A DNA stretch of 64,000 nt from Methanoculleus sp. (GTDB lineage: Archaea; Halobacteriota; Methanomicrobia; Methanomicrobiales; Methanoculleaceae): assembly GCA_036794525.1 (NCBI GenBank), contig DAIRGM010000009.1, positions 779-64,778 of the forward strand, given 5' to 3'. A program made the translations under genes and the position numbers. The first letter of the stretch is position 1. Each line of letters begins with the position of its first letter. The notes beneath the pieces are model-generated. The model made no database searches. It saw only the letters and a program-made list of their open reading frames with translations, and was not told the origin of the DNA. Below, in pieces: positions 28,094 to 36,360 of this stretch.

Positions 28094-29715
28094 GCCGCCC
28101 ACTCCAGCAGCGCGGAAAGGGAACGGGTGTTCAGGACGTCGTCCGGGGTGCACCAGCCCCGGCGCGCTAGAGTTATACCGTAGCGCATATTTGTAAACTC
28201 GCCGTTTCTATGGGCATCTGTTCCTATAGCCAGTTTCACTCCTTCTTTCTTGGCCTGCCGGATATAAATATCCTCAAGATCGAGCCGGTGCGGTGAAGCG
28301 TTGATCTCGAGAGCCGTCCCCGTCGCCGCCGCGTGTGCGATGACGCGCTCGAGGTCGACGGCATACGCCGGCCTCTGGTCGAGCAGGCGGCCGGTGGGGT
28401 GGCCGATGATGTCGACGTGCTCGTTCTCCATCGCGGTGAGGATGCGCCGGGTCAGGATGTCCTGGTCCTGGGAGAACCCCGAGTGGACGGAGGCGATCAC
28501 CAGGTCGAGGTCGGCAAGAACCCTGTTCTCGTACCCGAGTGTGCCGTCGCTCCTGATGTCCACCTCGCTCCCGGCAAGGAGGCAGCAGTCGTGGTGCCGG
28601 TTGACACGCTCGATCTCGGCCTGCTGCTTTGCCAGGGCCTCAGGGCGCACCCTTGAAGAGTGGTCGGTGATGACGACGTACTCGTAACCCCCTCTCTCCC
28701 CTGCCTCCGCCACATCCTCAAGCGACTGGCGGCCGTCGCTCCATGTGGTGTGGGCGTGAAGATCGCCCCGCACGTCGGAGAGATCGACCAGATCGGGGAG
28801 TGCGTGCCGGAGGGCGAGTTCGATCTCGCCCCGGTCCTCCCGGAGTTCCGGCGGAACCGGCTCCATCCCGAGGAACGAAAAGACCTCGTCCTCGCTTGCG
28901 AACTCCTGCAGCCGCCCGTTTGCGGTCTCTACAAGACCGTCGGGCGTGAGCCGGTAGCCCTGTCGCGCCGCCACCTCCCCGAACCTCTCCAGGAACCCGG
29001 CCGAACCGGTGGCGCAGAGGAGCGCGGTGCCGCACCGGCCGGGTTCGGTGAACCGGACGTCCAGATCGGGGTCGGTGGGTATGCGGTCTCCAGCGGCGCT
29101 TCCATTCCCGGCAACGACGATCGTGAGCCTGTCTACAGTGCTCGACCCCCGCCGGTAACTTCCCGCAACCGTGTACCGGCCGTCCGGCAGGGCCGCGAGC
29201 ACCGCGTCGGCCTGCGGGCGGGTCATCCGGTTCGACCTCTTCCGGAACTGCTCGATGCCCCGCCTGATCGCCTCTTCCTTCTTTGCCCCGAACCCCGAGA
29301 GCGCCCTGAGCCGGTGCCCCTTCACCGCCCGCTCCAGGTCGTCCAGGCTCCGGATGCCGAGTTTCTTGTAGAGGGTGTGGAGCGTCCTCGGCCCCACCCC
29401 GGCAACGCCGAGCAGTTCGACGACCGATCCGGGTATGGCTGCCTGGAGATCTTTTAGTTCCCCGAACGTTCCGGTGGCGGCGATCTCGTGGATCTGCCCG
29501 GCAATCCTCTCCCCGATCCCCGGGATACGGGTGAGACCCTCCTCGTCGAGCCCGGCGACCGGGAGGGAGAGGCGGTCGATCTGCCGCGCCGCCCGTTCGT
29601 AGGCCGCGATCCGGTACCGGTCCTCCCCCGCGATCCCGAGGAGGCGGGCCATCAACGCGAGCCGTTCGGCGACATCCCTGTTCGTGACCTGCCCCTCCGG
29701 GGTTCCCATGATCAC
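28090..29715 (-). CDS. PolX-family protein with C-terminal PHP domain; polymerase DxD motif degenerate
   Basis: 541 aa. N-terminal HhH modules (IPGIGERIA, VAGVGPRT). Palm region GSYRRGSSTVDRLTIVV, versus GSIRRRKETIGDVDILV in the paralog at 50159. PHP motifs intact (GDLHAHTTWSDG, ITDH, ASVH, GHPTGR, GTDAH). Confidence 0.85.
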   Translation of the reverse strand: MIMGTPEGQVTNRDVAERLALMARLLGIAGEDRYRIAAYERAARQIDRLSLPVAGLDEEGLTRIPGIGERIAGQIHEIAATGTFGELKDLQAAIPGSVVELLGVAGVGPRTLHTLYKKLGIRSLDDLERAVKGHRLRALSGFGAKKEEAIRRGIEQFRKRSNRMTRPQADAVLAALPDGRYTVAGSYRRGSSTVDRLTIVVAGNGSAAGDRIPTDPDLDVRFTEPGRCGTALLCATGSAGFLERFGEVAARQGYRLTPDGLVETANGRLQEFASEDEVFSFLGMEPVPPELREDRGEIELALRHALPDLVDLSDVRGDLHAHTTWSDGRQSLEDVAEAGERGGYEYVVITDHSSRVRPEALAKQQAEIERVNRHHDCCLLAGSEVDIRSDGTLGYENRVLADLDLVIASVHSGFSQDQDILTRRILTAMENEHVDIIGHPTGRLLDQRPAYAVDLERVIAHAAATGTALEINASPHRLDLEDIYIRQAKKEGVKLAIGTDAHRNGEFTNMRYGITLARRGWCTPDDVLNTRSLSALLEWAA

Positions 29716-29796
29716 TCTTCCTCCCCAAAACCATATAGGCCTTGATGCTTGCCGGGTGCAGGCTCGGGCAGGAAACCTGCCTGGCCGATACAGTCA

Positions 29797-30035
29797 CTAC
29801 CTGGCATCTCCCGGAAAGAGTTTCTTTCCTTTTTCCGTGTATTCGATGACGCCCGGTTGTTTGAGGAAATCCCGGTCCTCATCGACTTCCCATCCCTCTG
29901 CAAGTTTGCCGTTATCTATGCGCCAGATGAAGACCATCGTCATTGCCACCTTCCTGCCGGTAGGAGGTAACGGTCATGCCCGAAAGATGCGTGTAGATCG
30001 AATAGTTCGGATCCCAAAAAAACGTCTGGAGTCAT
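29797..30035 (-). pseudogene. SnoaL-like ester cyclase remnant (5'-truncated and frameshifted)
   Basis: Hand translation. One frame gives ..PPTGRKVAMTMVFIWRIDNGKLAEGWEVDEDRDFLKQPGVIEYTEKGKKLFPGDAR* (29973->29797). The upstream part (..DVFLGSELFDLHASFGHDRY..) is in another frame that stops at 29940. There is no plausible N-terminal half. Lies directly downstream of the TnpB-1 right end. Confidence 0.45.
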
Positions 30036-30105
30036 AGATCGCTTCACGCTCCCGCTGCCGACCCGGCCCACCCATCCTCCTCAGGCCGTAGATCGTTGAC
30101 AATTC

Positions 30106-31380
30106 CTATGGTACTACCCAAATCCGCGAACTACCCCCGCCTACGCAGGGGGCTTCCTGCGAGTGTACTGGAATTTCCAGACCTGTTTGTCGCAGATTAT
30201 CGGCGAACTGCCGGTAGCCCGTTCGCAGGGCATTCTGTGATAGGAACCGTACCATGATATTGACCGCACTGTTCCGGTCTCGATCCATGGTGTTCCCGCA
30301 CTCACATTCTATAACTCGCTTCCAGAGCGGCATGTCGTGAAGCGCCCCGCAGACACAACAGGCTTTTGTCGTGTTCTGTTCATCGATTTTTATTACTCTC
30401 TTACCTGCAAGGGTTGCCTTGTAGGTCAAAAATCTGATGAACCGCGACAGGTGTCCCGTGTTCTGGGTGGCGCGGTTGAGCCCCGGGGTCGCCTGCCGGG
30501 ACCGGGGCATCTGCTTCACGCTCAGATCCCCAACGAGGATCGTGTTAGCGCGAGTGTTCTCAACGATTTTCTTGCTCAATTTGTGCTGGAAATCTTTGAT
30601 CTGGTTGCCCTGTTTTCGTTCACACTTCCGCTTGAGCCGGTTCAGCTTCTGCCACTTTCGACTCTTCTTCTTACAGTGGTCTCGCCGGGCCTGCAACTCA
30701 GCGATCGGGGTTTTCCAGTACTTGTCCGGGCGAGCCACAGAAAACCCAATGAACTTCCCGTGACTGTTCACCCCGACGTGCTGGGTCACCCCGAGGTCAA
30801 ACGCTTGGTAGAGCCCGTTGTCACGGTACTCCTGCGCCGGCTGGACCTCATGAACGATCGATACATAGTACGCGCTCTTGATGTCGTCGTAGAAGAGATC
30901 AACCTGTTTGACGTTGATGAACTGAGAACCAGCGGGTAGGGCGAAGATCAGTGGCACCGTGTTGTAGAAGTGGGAGAACCAGATCTGGTCCCTCTCGATC
31001 TTGAATCCGCTCTGGTTGTAGCGTAGCGTGCAGAAGTGGTCTTTTCCCTTGAACCCTGGGGGATTTGCCCCCTTATCCCCATTCTGTCGCAGGGCGAAGA
31101 ATGAGCGAAAGTCGTCGTCCAGGGACTTCAACGTCGTTTGAAGCACTTTTGAGTAGACCCACTTGTACTCGGGATACTTTTCCTTCAACTTGGGGAGGGC
31201 GTTCGCCTGCTGCACATATCCGATGTACTGTTTGCCGGGTCTGTCTTTGTTTTCCTGGTAATTTCGGTTCCGCTCGGCAAGCGCAAAATTGTAGACTAAT
31301 CGGCACTTCTCGGAGAGATGCCAGAGCACGTCCTCCTGCTCAGGTATGACCTGAATCCTGATCTTTGCGGTGATGTGCAC
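30106..31380 (-). CDS. tnpB: TnpB (IS200/IS605 OrfB-type RNA-guided endonuclease family), variant RuvC-II
   Basis: 424 aa, GTG start. RuvC-I FDLGV. ILVGDLS sits where I/V-E-D-L is expected. KIDEQNTTKACCVCG...CECG zinc finger. RuvC-III MDRDRNSAVNI. Confidence 0.88.
   Translation of the reverse strand: MHITAKIRIQVIPEQEDVLWHLSEKCRLVYNFALAERNRNYQENKDRPGKQYIGYVQQANALPKLKEKYPEYKWVYSKVLQTTLKSLDDDFRSFFALRQNGDKGANPPGFKGKDHFCTLRYNQSGFKIERDQIWFSHFYNTVPLIFALPAGSQFINVKQVDLFYDDIKSAYYVSIVHEVQPAQEYRDNGLYQAFDLGVTQHVGVNSHGKFIGFSVARPDKYWKTPIAELQARRDHCKKKSRKWQKLNRLKRKCERKQGNQIKDFQHKLSKKIVENTRANTILVGDLSVKQMPRSRQATPGLNRATQNTGHLSRFIRFLTYKATLAGKRVIKIDEQNTTKACCVCGALHDMPLWKRVIECECGNTMDRDRNSAVNIMVRFLSQNALRTGYRQFADNLRQTGLEIPVHSQEAPCVGGGSSRIWVVP
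30129..30280 (-). ncRNA. predicted omega-RNA (reRNA) scaffold of TnpB-1, overlapping the tnpB 3' end
   Basis: By analogy with characterised TnpB systems, the guide RNA is made from the tnpB 3' end and right end. Terminal hairpin CCCCC..GGGGG followed by TAGTT. The putative guide would be the flank CGCGGATTTGGGTAGTACC (30128 downward). The 5' limit is a guess. Confidence 0.3.
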
Positions 31381-31520
31381 CGGAAACTCTCCTGCTGGCT
31401 ATCGCATGAGTGATCTGCAGTTTTTCGACATAAAGAAGAGCCGTGCACGGTGAAAGTGATCCTGGAGGAGGGAGGCTATGCTCTCATCCCTCAGCCTGCG
31501 CAAGGGGTCTTCCCGCGTAT
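30129..31520 (-). mobile_element. TnpB-only IS200/IS605-type element 1 (no tnpA); left end approximate
   Basis: Right end defined by the motif AAGCCCCC..GCGGGGGTAGTT (minus strand, ending at 30129), which is shared with element 2. The left end is not resolved but must lie before the dtxR TATA box near 31536. Confidence 0.55.
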
Positions 31521-31535
31521 GCTGCCTACACCCCC

Positions 31536-31544
31536 AAATATAAA
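31536..31544 (+). promoter_or_regulatory. candidate TATA box for the dtxR-feoB operon
   Basis: AAATATAAA centred about 31 nt upstream of ATG 31571, consistent with a leaderless or short-leader archaeal transcript. Confidence 0.3.
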
Positions 31545-31570
31545 CTTATAGGAGTCAAAGAAATTGTAAC

Positions 31571-32200
31571 ATGCTTCCTTCCACGTTTGAGGATTATCTC
31601 GAAGCAATCCTCACGATCACGGAGAGCGGCGGCCGGGCGGCGACGCTGGACGAGATAGCGGCGGCCCTCGATACCGGGAAGGAGACCGCCGGGACGACCG
31701 TCGCCTCTCTGGTCGAGGAAGGATACCTGGAACGTGCGGACGGCGACGCCGTCAGGCTTACCGGGAAGGGCTCGTCGTTGGCAGCGAGGGTGGCCCGGAA
31801 ACACCGTGTTCTCCAGTGTTTTTTGACGGAGATGCTCGGTGTCGATGAGGACGCCGCGAGCAGGGAGGCCTGCACCCTCGAGCACGGGATATCCGACGAG
31901 ACGATCGAGCGGCTCTCCTCCTACATGGACGACTCCCAGTCTCCGCCGGGGCGTATGGGACGCTGCCGGGGGCAGGACTGCACGCTGCTCGACTGCAAGG
32001 AAGGCGACACCGTCCGGGTGGCGATGATGCGCGGGCCCCGGCGGCACCGGAGGCTGCTCGATCTCGGCATCTTCCCCGGAGAGATCGTGCAGATCCGGCG
32101 CAAACTCCCGAACGAGTCGGTCGTCGTCAGGGTGAAAGGCTGCGACATCGCTATCAGCCCGGAGATCGCGCGATCGATCGTCGTGGAGTCATGTCCATGA
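31571..32200 (+). CDS. DtxR/MntR-family metal-dependent repressor fused to a FeoA domain
   Basis: 209 aa. N-terminal wHTH (EDYLEAILTITE..), metal-binding/dimerisation region (..ARKHRVLQCFL..), C-terminal FeoA/SH3-like (..GDTVRV......LLDLGI.PG..V). Confidence 0.85.
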   Translation: MLPSTFEDYLEAILTITESGGRAATLDEIAAALDTGKETAGTTVASLVEEGYLERADGDAVRLTGKGSSLAARVARKHRVLQCFLTEMLGVDEDAASREACTLEHGISDETIERLSSYMDDSQSPPGRMGRCRGQDCTLLDCKEGDTVRVAMMRGPRRHRRLLDLGIFPGEIVQIRRKLPNESVVVRVKGCDIAISPEIARSIVVESCP

Positions 32201-34047
32201 GGTTCGCGCTGATCGGCAACCCCAGCGTCGGCAAATCCCTCATCTTCAACCAGCTCACCGGCCTCGGGGTGGAGGTGAGCAACTACCCCGGAACCACCGT
32301 CGAGCTGCAGCGGGGCAACACCTGTTTCCAGCGCGAGATCGTCGAGCTCGTGGACCTTCCCGGGGTCTACTCGCTGGAAGGGAACTCGGACGAAGAAGGC
32401 CTGGTCCGCCGGTTCCTGGAGCAGCAGGACGTCGATGCGGTCATCGTGGTGACGAACGTCACCCGCCTGGAGCGCAACCTCTACCTCCTCCTCCAGGTGG
32501 CGGAGTACGGCCTCCCGATGGTCGTCGTGCTGAACATGATCGACGAAGCCACAAAACGGGGGCTTGAGGTCGATCCCGGCCCGATTCACGACCTTCTCGG
32601 CGTCGAGGTGATCCAGACGGCGGCGTCGCAGGGGAAGAACATCGACCGGATCATCCCGGCGGCCCTCGCCGCCTCGAGCCCGTCGGTGGTCGAGATCCCC
32701 TACGACCACCACATCGAGGCGGCCGTCCGGAGCCTCGGGAAGATGTTCGGTGCCGACCGGAAAGAGAGCGTCCGTGCGCTCCTTGGGTTCGGCGACAACC
32801 CGGAACTGCTCGAGGCGGCGCGGACGATCTCCGACGAGATCGAGTCCCGGCACCGGATGACGGTCGCCCAGATCATCGCGGCCAACCGGCACAACTTCGC
32901 CCGCAAGATCGCCGACCTCACCGTGAAGGAGGAGCCCCACCTCCCCCAGACCGATCCGGACAGCATCCTGACGCGGATCATCCCCGGGATGCCGATCCTC
33001 ATCGGCATCCTGATCGGGATGCTCCTCTTCGTCTTCATCGCGGGATCGTTCCTTGAGAAGATGATCGTGGAGTTCTTCGAGGTCTTTGCGATACAGCCCT
33101 TCGTTGCGCTCGGGCTGCCGCCGATCGTCGAGACGCTCGGAACATCGATCCTCATCGCGCTCCAGGCGGGTCTCGGGATAGCGTTCCCGTACGTCCTCCT
33201 CTTCTTCATCACCATCTCCATCCTCGAGGACTCGGGTTACATGACCCGGGCGGCGTTCCTCGCCGACAACGCGATGCACCGCGTCGGGATGCACGGCGGG
33301 GCGGTCATCCCTTTCACCCTGGCGTTCGGGTGCAACGTGCCGGCCATCATGAGCATCCGGCTCCTGCGCTCCCGGCGCGAGCGGATCATCGCCTCGTTCC
33401 TGGTCACGATGGTTCCCTGCTCGGCCCGGACGGTCATCATCGCCGGGATCGTGGCGAGTTTCGTCGGCATCGCGGCGGCGTTCAGCGTATACGCCATCGT
33501 CTTCGTCCTGATCCTCATAACAGGGCTCGTCCTCTCCCGGGTGACGCCGGGCGAGCGGTTCGGGATGATCATGGAGATGGTTCCGCTCCGCTGGCCCGAC
33601 CCGAAACTGGTGATGAAGAAGTCCTGGACGCGCCTCTCGGAGTTCCTCTTCATCGCAATGCCGCTCCTCCTCGCGGGGAGCGTCGTCCTCGGCCTCCTGG
33701 AGTTCTTCGGCGTCATGACGTTCTTCGAGGGGCTTGTGGAACCCTACACCATGGCCCTCCTCGGCCTTCCCGGCTACTCGGCGACGGCGCTCATCTTCGG
33801 GATCCTCCGAAAAGAGATGGCGTTCGAGACCCTTGCCATCCTCGCGGGCACCGCCGACCTCGGATCGGTGCTCTCGTCGCTGCAGCTCTACATATTCGCG
33901 GTCGTGACCGTCCTCTTCGTCCCCTGCCTCGCGACGATCACGGTGCTGCTGCGCGAAGTCGGGTCCCGGATCACGCTCGCGATCACAGCCTACACGGTCG
34001 CCCTCGGGCTCCTGATAGGAGGCCTTATCCACTATATCCTGTCATAA
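32191..34047 (+). CDS. feoB: ferrous iron transporter FeoB
   Basis: 618 aa. N-terminal G domain GNPSVGKS, DLPG, NMID, then a polytopic membrane domain. 10-nt overlap with the upstream repressor gene. Confidence 0.92.
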   Translation: MSMRFALIGNPSVGKSLIFNQLTGLGVEVSNYPGTTVELQRGNTCFQREIVELVDLPGVYSLEGNSDEEGLVRRFLEQQDVDAVIVVTNVTRLERNLYLLLQVAEYGLPMVVVLNMIDEATKRGLEVDPGPIHDLLGVEVIQTAASQGKNIDRIIPAALAASSPSVVEIPYDHHIEAAVRSLGKMFGADRKESVRALLGFGDNPELLEAARTISDEIESRHRMTVAQIIAANRHNFARKIADLTVKEEPHLPQTDPDSILTRIIPGMPILIGILIGMLLFVFIAGSFLEKMIVEFFEVFAIQPFVALGLPPIVETLGTSILIALQAGLGIAFPYVLLFFITISILEDSGYMTRAAFLADNAMHRVGMHGGAVIPFTLAFGCNVPAIMSIRLLRSRRERIIASFLVTMVPCSARTVIIAGIVASFVGIAAAFSVYAIVFVLILITGLVLSRVTPGERFGMIMEMVPLRWPDPKLVMKKSWTRLSEFLFIAMPLLLAGSVVLGLLEFFGVMTFFEGLVEPYTMALLGLPGYSATALIFGILRKEMAFETLAILAGTADLGSVLSSLQLYIFAVVTVLFVPCLATITVLLREVGSRITLAITAYTVALGLLIGGLIHYILS

Positions 34048-34060
34048 CTGGTATAGGAAG

Positions 34061-34780
34061 ATGTACACCTACGAAACCGGCATTCCGATGATCGACAGGG
34101 AGTACGGGGGCCTGAGGGCCGCCACAAATATTCTCCTCCTGGCGCCCCCTCTCTCCTACGCTGAGCTTCTGGCATACCGGATAGCCTCTCCCCGGCCCGG
34201 GGAATGGGCTGTTGCCATATCGACCGACGAGCGTGCTTCCGACGCGGTCGATGCGTTCCGCAGGTTTGGGGCGGACAGGGGCCGGATCGGGATCATCGAC
34301 GCGGTCACGAAGAGTTCGGTGCCCACCCTGCGGGACACGAAAAAGGCAAAGTTCGTCACGAGCCCTCTCGACCTGACCAGCATGGGGATCAAGTTCTCCC
34401 GGATGGTGGAGGATATGTGGAAGGAAGGGGTGATGGCCGATCCTCCGGGGCCGATGCCTCCGCCGATCCGGCTCTGCGTCCACTCGGTCTCGACGCTTCT
34501 TATGTACGCGCAGCTGGAGGTGACCTACAGGTTCCTCCACGTGATCACCAACAGGGTGAAGAAACTGGAGGGGATCGGGATCTACATCCTCAACAGCGAG
34601 TCGTTCGACGAGCGAACCATCTCCACGATAAAGCAGTTGATGAACACGGTCATCGAGGTGAGGGCTGAAGACGGGGGAGGGGCGGTGGAGCGGGAGTTCC
34701 GCATCATCGGCATCCGTGGGAGGACGGCCCCCTGGATCCGTTACTTCTACGACGATGGAGCGCTGACCTTTGAGCAATGA
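34061..34780 (+). CDS. KaiC/RecA-superfamily-like protein with degenerate P-loop
   Basis: 239 aa. GIPMIDREYGGL...NILLLAPPLSYAE looks like the KaiC/RadA-type start (GI.GLD..LGGG....L..G.PGTGKT), but the GKT is absent. Function unknown. Confidence 0.4.
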   Translation: MYTYETGIPMIDREYGGLRAATNILLLAPPLSYAELLAYRIASPRPGEWAVAISTDERASDAVDAFRRFGADRGRIGIIDAVTKSSVPTLRDTKKAKFVTSPLDLTSMGIKFSRMVEDMWKEGVMADPPGPMPPPIRLCVHSVSTLLMYAQLEVTYRFLHVITNRVKKLEGIGIYILNSESFDERTISTIKQLMNTVIEVRAEDGGGAVEREFRIIGIRGRTAPWIRYFYDDGALTFEQ

Positions 34781-34843
34781 CGGCAGAACCCGTGCAGCCG
34801 CATCCCGGCTGCGTTCCGCCCCCGTTCCGGGAGTGAGGCATCG

Positions 34844-35596
34844 ATGTTGACATTCGTGGGTCTCGGGCTCTTCGACCTCGGGGATATATCGGTCAAAGGC
34901 CTCGAATACGTCAGGAGCGCCGATGCCGTCTTTTTAGAGGCGTATACGTCGCGGTTGATGGGGACGGACGTCGGTGCGATGGAAGCGTTCTTTGGAAAGG
35001 AGATCCGGGTGCTCGGCCGGGAGGACGTCGAGCAGAACCCCCGCGAGATCCTCGATCGTGCCGCTGCCGGCCGGGTGGCGTTCCTGACCGGAGGGGATCC
35101 CATGGTCTCGACGACGCATGCGGATCTCCGGCTGCGGGCGGCCGCCGCCGGGATCGAGACCTCCATCATCCACGCGTCGTCGATATCGAGCGCGGTCTCG
35201 GGCCTCTCGGGCCTGCAGAACTACCGGTTCGGGAAGTCCTGCTCGGTGCCGTTCCCCGCGAAGGGCTGGTTCCCGACGGCTCCCATCGAGACGATTGCGG
35301 CGAATCTTGCGCAGAACCTCCATACGCTCGTCTACCTGGATATCCAGAACGATCGCTACATGCGTGTCCCGGAGGCGATCGCCGTCCTCGAGGAGATGGC
35401 AGAGAAGCGCGGTATCGAACCGCCCGCGCTCTACGTGGGGATCGCCCGGGCGGGGTCGAAGCATCCCGTGGTTGCCGCCGGGACCGGTGCGACCCTCAAG
35501 GAGACGGATTTCGGCCCCCCGCTCCATATCCTCGCCGTGCCGGCGGATCTCCACCCGGTGGAGCGCGAGTACCTGGAGACCTTCGCCGGCCTATGA
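34844..35596 (+). CDS. dph5: diphthine synthase
   Basis: 250 aa tetrapyrrole-methylase fold. [25 protein letters not shown].. and ..LT.GDP.V.TTH. Confidence 0.9.
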   Translation: MLTFVGLGLFDLGDISVKGLEYVRSADAVFLEAYTSRLMGTDVGAMEAFFGKEIRVLGREDVEQNPREILDRAAAGRVAFLTGGDPMVSTTHADLRLRAAAAGIETSIIHASSISSAVSGLSGLQNYRFGKSCSVPFPAKGWFPTAPIETIAANLAQNLHTLVYLDIQNDRYMRVPEAIAVLEEMAEKRGIEPPALYVGIARAGSKHPVVAAGTGATLKETDFGPPLHILAVPADLHPVEREYLETFAGL

Positions 35597-36162
35597 ACCT
35601 CGACGACTACGGTGCTCTGTATGGAGAGGCACTCTCCCTCGCCCGGATCGCCGTCCCGGACGGCACCTCCCTCTCCCGGGCGGCCGGGGAGGTGTTCGAG
35701 ATGGCTGCCGCCTACCACAGCGACGGGTTCGCGTTTCTCCGGGCGGGCGACCGGGTGAACGCCCTCGCCGCGTTCGCCTACGGGCTCGGCTGGCTTGATG
35801 CAGGCTCGCGCCTCGGGTTGCTCGCGCCTTCTCTCGCCCACCCCCCGGAGACGGTGGACGCGGGCATACCGGCATTGCAGGCTGCCCGCCTCGACGAGAA
35901 GACGCACCGCTACCGGCGGATGCTCGATGCGGCACTTGGAGCGGTCGAGGCGGCGGCGGACGAGGCGAGCCCGCTTCACGCAGCGGCCGGAGAGTTTTAT
36001 TCGGCGGCACGCGCCTGGTATGCCCAGGGTGCGGCATACCTCGATGCCGGCGACCTCTCCGCCGCCCTCGCCCGGTTCAGTTATGGCTATGCCTGGCTCG
36101 ATGCCGGCATCCGCGCGGGGCTGTTTCGGATAACCGGGGAGCGCGGCCTCTTCACCGTTTAG
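35593..36162 (+). CDS. DUF357-like protein (two repeats)
   Basis: 189 aa with two copies of the ..A..Y..DG..F...GD...ALA.F.YG.GWLDAG.R.GL motif. 4-nt overlap with dph5. Confidence 0.6.
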   Translation: MNLDDYGALYGEALSLARIAVPDGTSLSRAAGEVFEMAAAYHSDGFAFLRAGDRVNALAAFAYGLGWLDAGSRLGLLAPSLAHPPETVDAGIPALQAARLDEKTHRYRRMLDAALGAVEAAADEASPLHAAAGEFYSAARAWYAQGAAYLDAGDLSAALARFSYGYAWLDAGIRAGLFRITGERGLFTV

Positions 36163-36360
36163 GATCCGGTTTTTTCGCGGATCCCCGGTTCTATCGATTT
36201 TTCGATGAAACCATCGTTAAATAGTAGCCGCACGATAAATTATTACTAAAAATTCGGGTGTTTCCCCCCGGTGCTGCCCGGCCGTTCGCGGACGGCTGCA
36301 GCACCCGGGGGTGAGGGTGACGGCCTTTGGGACCGTCCCCGTGGCCCGGGAGCGTAGAGG

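Noticed and set aside
30106-31380. TnpB-1 as a nuclease-dead, TldR-like transcription regulator of polX1
   Set aside because: Only the canonical RuvC-II Glu is missing. RuvC-I and RuvC-III Asp and the zinc finger are intact, and an alternative Glu (KIDEQ) is available. The evidence for inactivation is insufficient, so it is kept as a finding about a variant active site instead.
31921-34032. 703-aa ORF on the minus strand
   Set aside because: It is antisense to feoB and the dtxR 3' end. Composition is extremely Arg/Asp/Glu/Pro/Gly-rich with no recognisable motifs. Long open antisense frames like this are the typical artefact of high-GC coding DNA.
36262-36312. Stable stem-loop (CCCCCCGGTGCTGC...GCAGCACCCGGGGG) in the 5' region of the flippase-like gene, as a regulatory element
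   Set aside because: It is a single GC hairpin with no second copy and no recognisable motif. This cannot be distinguished from chance in DNA with this GC content.
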